Below are positions 50,314-57,015 of a stretch of 57,551 nucleotides of DNA, piece by piece. The first letter of the stretch is position 1, and each line of letters opens with the position of its first letter. Both the position numbers and the translations under genes were made by a program. Source of the stretch: a virus (Duplodnaviria; Caudoviricetes); the IMG/VR virus record IMGVR_UViG_3300020198_000019, positions 1 through 57,551 of that record; one strand, 5' to 3'. The notes under the pieces are model-generated. The model made no database searches, had not been told where the DNA came from, and saw nothing but the letters and a program-made list of their open reading frames with translations.

Positions 50314-50631
50314 TTAACAGACCTCCGCTGCGAGGTCGTCGATGGCCGCGTCGACCCATTGCGGAAAATCAGTAACGACCATTTCCCGCATCTTCGACTC
50401 ACCAATCGCACACGCTGCCATCTTCAGGCTGTCTTCCTCGTCCTCGCCGTCATACCGGTGGCGGTGTGCGGCCAGTTCCGCTTCGGCCTCAGTCCGCGCC
50501 ACGCGCACCGTGTAACCACCGAAAAAACCGCGATCTTCTTTTGGCAGTTTACTGTCGCCACCGCTCATGTGCTCAAAACCAATCTGAAAGGTGTGTGCGT
50601 CTGCTTTGCGTGTTTCAAGTTTCATGTTCAT
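50314..50631 (-). CDS. Array gene, hypothetical (MNMKLET...)
   Basis: Flanked by identical 58-bp repeats. Confidence 0.72.
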   Translation of the reverse strand: MNMKLETRKADAHTFQIGFEHMSGGDSKLPKEDRGFFGGYTVRVARTEAEAELAAHRHRYDGEDEEDSLKMAACAIGESKMREMVVTDFPQWVDAAIDDLAAEVC

Positions 50632-50690
50632 CAACTCCCAGTCAGAAAAGAACCCCGCCGCACTGTGCTGCGGGGCTGTTGTGTGTGTCA

Positions 50691-50912
50691 TCACTCCGGC
50701 GGATGCTCGTAGCCGAGTGTTTCGACGTAGTATCGTTCGCCATCCTCAACATCAAACAATCCAACGCCAATTGTGATCTTGTCTTCCTTGGCGATTCGTT
50801 CCGCAGCACCCCAGGCGAGGGTTTCACTGCTGTATCCGCTGTCGTCGCCTACGCGACATTCTCCGCCGTCAGTGTCGAGTTCCCACAGGAAATAGCGCCG
50901 TGTCATCGTCAT
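50691..50912 (-). CDS. Array gene, acidic hypothetical
   Basis: Bounded by A elements. Confidence 0.72.
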   Translation of the reverse strand: MTMTRRYFLWELDTDGGECRVGDDSGYSSETLAWGAAERIAKEDKITIGVGLFDVEDGERYYVETLGYEHPPE

Positions 50913-50975
50913 TGCTCAACCCCAGTTGTGTTCCGCTAAAAAATCCCCGCCGCACTGTGCAGCGGGGCTGTTGTT

Positions 50976-51209
50976 CTACCTGTCGTAATTGATACTGCTC
51001 CGGTCAACCTGCCAGATATCTGCTGTAATCAGCCGGACTGCAACAGGTTGAGTGGACATAGGCAGACGCACCGTACCTGTTGTCTCGCTCGTCATCGTCA
51101 CAGTGCGTCTATAGCTGGCTTGGTGCCATGGATCTCGACCACCACAGCCACATCCACACGGCACCAGTCTGTACCATACGATTTGATTCGCCAACTTTGC
51201 CATCTTCAT
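50976..51209 (-). CDS. Array gene with CGCGCGG.DPWH motif
   Basis: Bounded by A elements. Confidence 0.72.
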   Translation of the reverse strand: MKMAKLANQIVWYRLVPCGCGCGGRDPWHQASYRRTVTMTSETTGTVRLPMSTQPVAVRLITADIWQVDRSSINYDR

Positions 51210-51269
51210 CAACCCCCGTCAAAAGAAAATAAAACCCGCTGCCCATTGCAGCGGGGTGTGGCGTCAGCC

Positions 51270-51458
51270 TCAGACTGCCTTACGAATGCGTCGCAGTGCT
51301 GACTGGCTCAGGCTGTGCATTGTGGTGTAGTGACCGGCTGCCGCATCGTACACCCGGACGGTGCCGTCTGCACTGATTGACACGCGATTCAGTCGGACGC
51401 CTTCGCCGCTGAAAGCCTTGCATCGGATAACGCGGATGGTTGTGTTTGCTGTGCTCAT
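51270..51458 (-). CDS. Array gene (VRVYD..AGHYT..HSL)
   Basis: GGAG RBS; ATGA overlap with the upstream gene. Confidence 0.72.
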   Translation of the reverse strand: MSTANTTIRVIRCKAFSGEGVRLNRVSISADGTVRVYDAAAGHYTTMHSLSQSALRRIRKAV

Positions 51459-52057
51459 CGGGCCCAACTCCACAAAGTAGAATCCTGCGACACATTAACA
51501 GACATCGGTATAAAGCGTACCCCGCAGTACCGCACAAACTTGTGCATCAGAGCCCGGCAGACCGAGTACTCGAAAGTGTTCAGCTCAATAGGCGGGATGC
51601 TCTCAGCCAGCATCAAGTTGGAGAAGTTCATAGGGGGTATTGTCGCACCGCCAGAAGTTCTCAGGTACGTTGCGTACGCAATCAACCAATTCATGGCGGC
51701 GGAAGCGAGAAACATCATCGCCTCCCGCTCCCGTTCCATCTCCTTCTTCTCGTCCTCGCTCAGTTTATTACCGGCCTGGGGCAAAAACAGATCGGGTTTA
51801 CATGCGTCCGTTACCCACAGCTTTTCAGGACGCCCGTTCTTACGGGTAGACAGGACCTCAAACCAAACGTTAAACCACGTCTGATCTCCTATCAGTTCCC
51901 CGGTCGCGGCATCCTCGGAAGTGTCGTGGTCAGCAACCTGCTCGACGATCAGCGTCCGGATCATACGGGGCCGGAGGCCTTGTGTCCGGGTGTAAAGCAG
52001 ATTCAACTTGCCGGCAAGAGCGGCGTCTACGGGAACCTCAAGAGTAACACGAGCCAT
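51455..52057 (-). CDS. Hypothetical protein, possibly with an N-terminal RHH-like segment (MARVTLEVP...)
   Basis: 200 aa; follows a GAAA-loop hairpin. Confidence 0.65.
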   Translation of the reverse strand: MARVTLEVPVDAALAGKLNLLYTRTQGLRPRMIRTLIVEQVADHDTSEDAATGELIGDQTWFNVWFEVLSTRKNGRPEKLWVTDACKPDLFLPQAGNKLSEDEKKEMEREREAMMFLASAAMNWLIAYATYLRTSGGATIPPMNFSNLMLAESIPPIELNTFEYSVCRALMHKFVRYCGVRFIPMSVNVSQDSTLWSWAR

Positions 52058-52069
52058 GATATTTTCCAA

Positions 52070-52110
52070 AGGAAAAACCTCAAAGAGGCGGGGGCTTTCG
52101 CCCCCGGCCA
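52070..52110 (-). terminator. GAAA-tetraloop hairpin plus U-rich tract
   Basis: CGGGGGC-GAAA-GCCCCCG followed by CTCTTTGAGGTTTTT on the minus strand. Confidence 0.55.
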
Positions 52111-52141
52111 TACAAACCAGCAGCCACGATAGCCGCCGGCA

Positions 52142-52921
52142 TCACAGAATACGCAACAAACTGGGCAGGACAGCATTGCGGCTGCCGTGCCCTACAATCG
52201 CCACGTGCTTACGCTGGTCAGCCATGTCCCGGCGACCGTCGCAGGCTCCGCAAGTAGCACAGGTGCGGGTATTGCCCGCTTCGGGTGACGCCGGACACAG
52301 GATCTCGTTAGACGCAAGATCGTCGACGGTCCGCATGACACGGAACGTACGCCAGCCAGCATCCTGAGCGATCACCGCCTCAGCTTGTGACTGCACGCTC
52401 GCCATAACCAGCGGCTGCCACCCCGCCGCAGCAGACTCACGCCACTGATGCGTGTATCCGGGGTACTTGCCGGGTTTAAGCAACGCTTCAAGAGCAGCCC
52501 ACGCCTCACGCGGCACGGCGACCGGGTCCCCGTAAGACCCGCGACGCAATGCGTACTTGCCGAGCTTACGCAGCATTGACTTGCCGAGCTTTGTCACGTG
52601 CTGATAAGACCCTCGACGAAAGGCTTTCCACACTTGCTCTGGGGCGTTTCGTATCGTCACATAACACGCACGGTAACGGTTCCTCGTGCGGTGCTTACTG
52701 CCCTTCGGCATGCGCTCCACAACGCCACGCAACGGGCAGGAACCGCAGATACTCGAGTCCTTGCCGCTATTGATCGCGGCGAGGGGGCTAACATCCCGTC
52801 GCAAGATCCATGTCTGGATCAGCGGGCCTGTTTTTTCGTTGCGTGTGCCTATTGTGGCGATAGCAACAATCGGCTTGCCGTCCAGCATGGACGGACCGGA
52901 GTAAAAGATAACGCCAGCCAT
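52142..52921 (-). CDS. Cys-rich conserved phage protein, possibly Fe-S / radical-SAM-related (Gp88-like)
   Basis: NEKTG, CGSCP...CYV, RGSYGDP, GYTHQW, CPAS...TCATCGAC, terminal HG. Confidence 0.65.
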   Translation of the reverse strand: MAGVIFYSGPSMLDGKPIVAIATIGTRNEKTGPLIQTWILRRDVSPLAAINSGKDSSICGSCPLRGVVERMPKGSKHRTRNRYRACYVTIRNAPEQVWKAFRRGSYQHVTKLGKSMLRKLGKYALRRGSYGDPVAVPREAWAALEALLKPGKYPGYTHQWRESAAAGWQPLVMASVQSQAEAVIAQDAGWRTFRVMRTVDDLASNEILCPASPEAGNTRTCATCGACDGRRDMADQRKHVAIVGHGSRNAVLPSLLRIL

Positions 52922-53006
52922 GATCAACTCCCATAGTGGGCCAGAAAAAGAAAACCCCGACGACACGGTGTCGCCGGGGAGTACTGCAATCGACCTGCTT
53001 TCTGCG

Positions 53007-53183
53007 TTATGGGGCGATCTCTTCTCGCACCACGGAAACCGTATCACGCGGGCTGTCAAACGCCAGACTGCATGACCCTGTCGCAGTGCTGTTGATTTTT
53101 ATGGTGATCACAACCGGGTCGGACCCGGGAGGCGTCACCGTAATGACAACACGCTGGCCTCTTCGACGTTTCAATACCAACAT
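53007..53183 (-). CDS. csrA: CsrA/RsmA-family RNA-binding protein
   Basis: MLVLKRRRGQRVVI...ITIKI...LAFDSPRDTVSVVREEI matches the CsrA pattern; AAGGAG RBS. Confidence 0.8.
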   Translation of the reverse strand: MLVLKRRRGQRVVITVTPPGSDPVVITIKINSTATGSCSLAFDSPRDTVSVVREEIAP

Positions 53184-53262
53184 TCGAAACTCCTTAATGG
53201 AAAAGCGTGCCGGCAAACACGCCGGCACATCTGGAAAACTCTACAACATCTGTGGAATCGTG

Positions 53263-53610
53263 TCAACGGGAAAACCGGATCAGCCGGCAATGCCGCAGTT
53301 TGATCACGCCCGCTTCATCGACCCGGGCGTGAGCGGTATTCGTGTCATCGAGGGACACCCAGTTACCGGGCGTCGGATCTCCGGGCTGCGGTGATGCGAA
53401 CCACCGCACATCGATCGCAAGGTACACGGTAGTCTTACGTGCTCGGGCATTATACGGGGCCTGACTACGCCACAATTTCGTGGCTTCCACGATATTGGGG
53501 CCACTGCCCCAACTACAATCCCCGACCACCAGAAACCACACCCATCCTGACGGGGCGTCCGTCACGTCCAACAACACGCTGTGATTACGAAACAGAACTT
53601 CACTCGCCAT
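53263..53610 (-). CDS. Array gene, hypothetical (MASEVLF...)
   Basis: ATG after B-element RBS. Confidence 0.68.
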   Translation of the reverse strand: MASEVLFRNHSVLLDVTDAPSGWVWFLVVGDCSWGSGPNIVEATKLWRSQAPYNARARKTTVYLAIDVRWFASPQPGDPTPGNWVSLDDTNTAHARVDEAGVIKLRHCRLIRFSR

Positions 53611-53674
53611 CACTCTCTCCCATAATGGGACCAAAGAAAAGCCCGGCGACACGGTGCCGCCGGGCATGTAACAC

Positions 53675-54259
53675 TCAGCGGGTTTCGACAAAGGCCCTGA
53701 TATTATCCCACTTTTCTTCCGCAACACGATGAGCTGCATCCCTTGCAGCAAGCGCGTCGTTGAACTCAACTACTAAGCGGTTCACTGCGCTCGTCAGTAA
53801 CGTAGTATCCGCATCGCCAGCGACTTCGGTGAGCGGGTAGGGTGGCCTCACTGGGCCGTCAACGACAGTGATCTTGCCGTCCGTGTCAAACGAACACAGG
53901 CGTACAACGATCTCGTTGTACTCACACATGTGCGTTTCCTTGCCGTTGGTGACGAAGGCGCACCCCTTAACCAGCAGGTAGATGCTGTGCTTGCTTTGCT
54001 GCGTCGTCAAGTACCCCAAGGCCAGGTACCGCTCGGGGTACGCACGTCGGTGTGTTTCTGCCTCCCACACAGCCGGGGCTACAGCGTTACGAAACGCTGT
54101 GGTCAACGTAAGGTCAGTCTTCACAGCTTTCTTGCCAACGTACGCTGTAATGGCGGACCGCAGTAACGGCAGCAACAACAAGGCAAACCGCAGCGCCCTG
54201 CAGTGAGCCTCGAGGCGGGCCTGATACTGCGGCGTCATAGTGACTGGGTACTCTCGCAT
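53675..54259 (-). CDS. Array gene, hypothetical (MREYPV...)
   Basis: Bounded by B elements. Confidence 0.72.
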   Translation of the reverse strand: MREYPVTMTPQYQARLEAHCRALRFALLLLPLLRSAITAYVGKKAVKTDLTLTTAFRNAVAPAVWEAETHRRAYPERYLALGYLTTQQSKHSIYLLVKGCAFVTNGKETHMCEYNEIVVRLCSFDTDGKITVVDGPVRPPYPLTEVAGDADTTLLTSAVNRLVVEFNDALAARDAAHRVAEEKWDNIRAFVETR

Positions 54260-54344
54260 AACACACTCCAAACAAAAACCAACAGGAAAAACCCCGACGA
54301 CACGGTGTCGCCGGGAAGGTACTGCTCAGGACCTGCTTTCTGCG

Positions 54345-54572
54345 TTAAGACCCCCGCTTGCAGTAGTTACACGCAGCGTTCAAGGCCTTTAGAAAAGCAC
54401 TATTCGACTCGATGACGTTTCGAACTTGAGATTGCCGGCTGTTCGTATCCGAGTAACACTCGGGCTCGGCAAGCGTTTCGAGTTCCTCCACCAACAACCG
54501 GGCTACGGCGAGCGCGTCCTCAATCAGGGGCTCGGCGTCGCTTTCATCAAACTTTCTCATCTTATGCGTCAT
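54345..54572 (-). CDS. Array gene, helical hypothetical
   Basis: Bounded by B elements. Confidence 0.7.
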   Translation of the reverse strand: MTHKMRKFDESDAEPLIEDALAVARLLVEELETLAEPECYSDTNSRQSQVRNVIESNSAFLKALNAACNYCKRGS

Positions 54573-54644
54573 GGTAACACTCCCGTAATGGGCCGCAAAA
54601 GGCCCGGCGACACGGTGCCGCCGGGCATAGAAAACACTAAAGCC

Positions 54645-55283
54645 TCACGGCTTGTGCTCAAGCTCAGACATTGCATCCCGAAAAGCCTTGATAACTTGGT
54701 ACTCGTAAGCAGACTCGGGATCAATCGCCCACGTATCGTCCTGATCCAACTGTTCCCGGGCAGAGGTCACCATGTCTTGAATCAAATACTCCACGTCGGA
54801 ATCGTAATAGCCGCCGCAACTGTCAAGTTGGGTTTCGTCGTCGTCGTCGCCAACCCCGGACCACGAAAGCCCGTGGCCGTTACACCAGTCCGTGTAGCAC
54901 TGGAGGAACCGATCAGCGTCCTTTGCCCGATCCTCGTACGTCTTAGCCCCGATGGCGGAAGGCCCATGTTCCCAGAGCAATACGCCTGCGTGTCCGACGC
55001 CGTCGAAACGGCAGTCAGTACCTGGGCCACCGTGCCCCTTACGAAACCACACACACTCCCCGTGCTCGTAATAGCTGAGCATGAACGCCAGCCCGACATC
55101 GAGTCGGCGGCGAAGGCTGATGTCCCGAGCGGTGAACACGAGCGATCCGTGTTTACGGGTGACACGAAACAACTTGTCGGGGTGCTGAAACCCGACGTGT
55201 TTGCGGCTAAACGACACGAGTTTCCAGTTCATGTCGTTTTCGGCTGGATCTGGACAGCAATCAGGCTCGATCTTAAACGTCAT
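54645..55283 (-). CDS. Array gene, conserved-looking acidic phage protein (YEHG...YTDWCNG...DSCGGYY)
   Basis: Bounded by B elements. Confidence 0.78.
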   Translation of the reverse strand: MTFKIEPDCCPDPAENDMNWKLVSFSRKHVGFQHPDKLFRVTRKHGSLVFTARDISLRRRLDVGLAFMLSYYEHGECVWFRKGHGGPGTDCRFDGVGHAGVLLWEHGPSAIGAKTYEDRAKDADRFLQCYTDWCNGHGLSWSGVGDDDDETQLDSCGGYYDSDVEYLIQDMVTSAREQLDQDDTWAIDPESAYEYQVIKAFRDAMSELEHKP

Positions 55284-55415
55284 AACACTCCCGTAATGGG
55301 AACAACAAAGAAAAACCCGGCGACACCACGTCGCCGGGAACCTACTGCTCTGGACCTGCTTTCTGCGTTAGCCGATAAAACGTTTCGCTGCTCACAAAAA
55401 CGGTGTTGGCATCAG

Positions 55416-55760
55416 CTATCCTACAACCTTGGATAATTTCATTGGCTTGTTCATCCAAGGTTGTGGCTGGATATGAATGAACCAATCTTGAATTGAAGGA
55501 ATAAAGCCCATGTCTTCGGTAACGTGTTGTTCACCTATCCATCGAGTAGGAATAACCCTGCCCGTTGATAGCGTGATTGTATTGCCGAACACGCGTTCAC
55601 ACTCAAAGATACCTTGAGCATGATGTCGTAAAGCACGATGCCGAAAATCAGCAAACATTTCCTTGCTGGCATCAAACCATTCGTGAATTTTTTGATAATC
55701 CTCTGGGTTTCCGCCCCATTTTTGGGTTGAGGAAAGGGAATGATGATATGGATTAGCCAT
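55416..55760 (-). CDS. DUF6915-like protein
   Basis: MANPYHHSLSS..KWGG...IHEWFD.SK...DFRHRALRHH..GIF..E..FG...EQHV.ED.G.IPS; GGAGG RBS; AT-richer than neighbours. Confidence 0.8.
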   Translation of the reverse strand: MANPYHHSLSSTQKWGGNPEDYQKIHEWFDASKEMFADFRHRALRHHAQGIFECERVFGNTITLSTGRVIPTRWIGEQHVTEDMGFIPSIQDWFIHIQPQPWMNKPMKLSKVVG

Positions 55761-55771
55761 TGTGTCCTCCA

Positions 55772-55808
55772 TAAAAAAAGGTAGGTGTGAGGCCAATCCT
55801 CACACCTA
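55772..55808 (-). terminator. Perfect 11-bp hairpin plus U7, directly before the RBS
   Basis: TAGGTGTGAGG-N5-CCTCACACCTA at 55782-55808, then CCTTTTTTTATGGAGG on the minus strand. Confidence 0.7.
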
Positions 55809-55819
55809 ACTCCAAAGAA

Positions 55820-55910
55820 TGCGAACAAAGCGGTCAACCGGAGCCGCCGTTCGCGCGGGTTTTGAAATCAAAGTCTTTCGGCGGCGGCCCGGTTACCGCC
55901 GTCGTTAGTA
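55820..55910 (+). other. attC: Integron attC recombination site (91 bp)
   Basis: R'' TGCGAAC, 5-nt spacer, L'' GGTCAACC, ..., L' GGTTACC, 6-nt spacer, R' GTTAGTA; unpaired C55835 and A55842 give the extrahelical G and T on the bottom strand; further 7-bp GCCGCCG/CGGCGGC stem. Confidence 0.85.
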
Positions 55911-56264
55911 TTAACAATTTTCCTCAAAATCTTCGTAATTTAAAACTTCCTCGCACCCTTTCATCGTGACAGTTTTCGTCGTGGTATCCCAAATAACCTC
56001 ACCCGTTACGCTGTATTCACCAGCGAACGTATAGTATTTGTCATAAACTGGTCGGCACAGCCCGCGAACAAGCGCGTTTTCGGGCGTTTGCTCTCTGCCC
56101 GAATCCTCTGGCCAATAATCTTCATGTAATTGGCAGATGACTGTGTCATCTTTCTGGATGACAATGTCATGGCATCCGCCTTCATCATTGCCACCACTGA
56201 AACGGATAACGCATTTGTTTCCGCCTTTGCTTTTGATGAAAGCAAACAGTTTTTCACGTGTCAT
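55911..56264 (-). CDS. DUF6878-like protein
   Basis: VIRFSGGNDEGG motif; next to the DUF6915-like gene; AT-richer; GGAG RBS. Confidence 0.7.
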   Translation of the reverse strand: MTREKLFAFIKSKGGNKCVIRFSGGNDEGGCHDIVIQKDDTVICQLHEDYWPEDSGREQTPENALVRGLCRPVYDKYYTFAGEYSVTGEVIWDTTTKTVTMKGCEEVLNYEDFEENC

Positions 56265-56354
56265 AGCTTTTCTCCATTTCGTCCTTAACGTAAAAACAAA
56301 AACCCGGCGACACCACGTCGCCGGGAACCTACTGCTCTGGACCTGCTTTCTGCG

Positions 56355-56951
56355 TTAGCGTACCTCGGAACGCACGTTGATGAGACCCTCCCGCATTTCC
56401 TCGCTGGTGATCTCGAACTGTTTATCTGTAGACCGCACGTACCACGTCCACGTAATATCCTCGCGGTCACCCTCGCACTCCTCGATCCAGAAATGCATCC
56501 GCTTGATTATCGCTCGCGTTACCCGCCACGATTCGATTGACGGGTAGCTCCCCTTAACCACGACTCGGTGCCAGCCCCAGTGCTGCATCGCATACAGCCT
56601 AACGTCCTCCGTGTTAGGCTCAGACTGCAGGGCGAACTGGGCCACCAGTTCCGGTAGCCCCGTCCAAAGCGCGAGTAGATCATCGCATGATAGATCTTGA
56701 CTTGGGTTTACGTCGGCCAGCCTGCACCGTAATTCGATGCAGTCTAAGCCGTACTCGTTAGACGCGATCAAGTCGAACACCGATAAAAATTCATCGTAAA
56801 CGGGGTCGTCGGGGTTTGCGGCACTAAGCGCTGCGTAAACAAGCCCGAAAGCGTGTTGGCGAGCCACCATCTCGTGGTTCGCCACGTCAACCCCTGCGTC
56901 ACCGTCACAGTACGTAACGTGACCGTGATTATCGATCCAGTACTCAGACAT
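56355..56951 (-). CDS. Array gene, hypothetical (EYWID...CDGDAG...NHE)
   Basis: GGAGG RBS; stop codon lies inside the B element. Confidence 0.75.
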   Translation of the reverse strand: MSEYWIDNHGHVTYCDGDAGVDVANHEMVARQHAFGLVYAALSAANPDDPVYDEFLSVFDLIASNEYGLDCIELRCRLADVNPSQDLSCDDLLALWTGLPELVAQFALQSEPNTEDVRLYAMQHWGWHRVVVKGSYPSIESWRVTRAIIKRMHFWIEECEGDREDITWTWYVRSTDKQFEITSEEMREGLINVRSEVR

Positions 56952-56974
56952 GACTTACCTCCGTAATGGAAACA

Positions 56975-57012
56975 AGAAAGGAACACGAACGATGGCCGCC
57001 GCAGCGGCCATC
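56975..57012 (-). terminator. 9-bp hairpin plus U-rich tract before the RBS
   Basis: GATGGCCGC-TGCG-GCGGCCATC at 56991-57012. Confidence 0.5.
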
Positions 57013-57015
57013 TAT

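Larger units (their letters stand above)
47828..51260 (-). repeat. Family A intergenic elements (12 copies, ~55 bp): ACACAAC-hairpin-U tract-CTGACTGGGAGTT
   Basis: Copies start (+ coordinates) at 47828, 48139, 48418, 48737, 49047, 49374, 49685, 49991, 50235, 50633, 50918, 51211; one between each pair of genes. Confidence 0.95.
52926..56359 (-). repeat. Family B intergenic elements (6 copies): [TAACGCAGAAAGCAGGTC...]-CCCGGCG hairpin-U tract-(CCCATTAC)GGGAG
   Basis: Copies at 52926-53009, 53617-53674, 54266-54347, 54579-54640, 55287-55372, 56298-56359. Confidence 0.93.

Noticed and set aside
48737-50690. Pseudoknot between the hairpin loop ACAGT and the downstream ACTG next to the RBS
   Set aside because: Variant copies (loops ATAGG, ATGGT) show no compensatory change
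47828-51260. Family A repeats as a CRISPR array
   Set aside because: The intervening sequences are 180-350 bp complete ORFs of variable length, the repeats contain an RBS, and there is no cas operon
47828-51260. Family A repeats as attC sites (they run AAC...GTT over ~55 bp)
   Set aside because: No L''/L' boxes at canonical spacing, no extrahelical-base pattern, the hairpin is off-centre, and the ends of each putative cassette are not complementary
55371-55410. Second attC or terminator (imperfect GCCGATA..CGTTT/AAACG..TGTTGGC hairpin)
   Set aside because: Too short and irregular for attC geometry, and no convincing U tract
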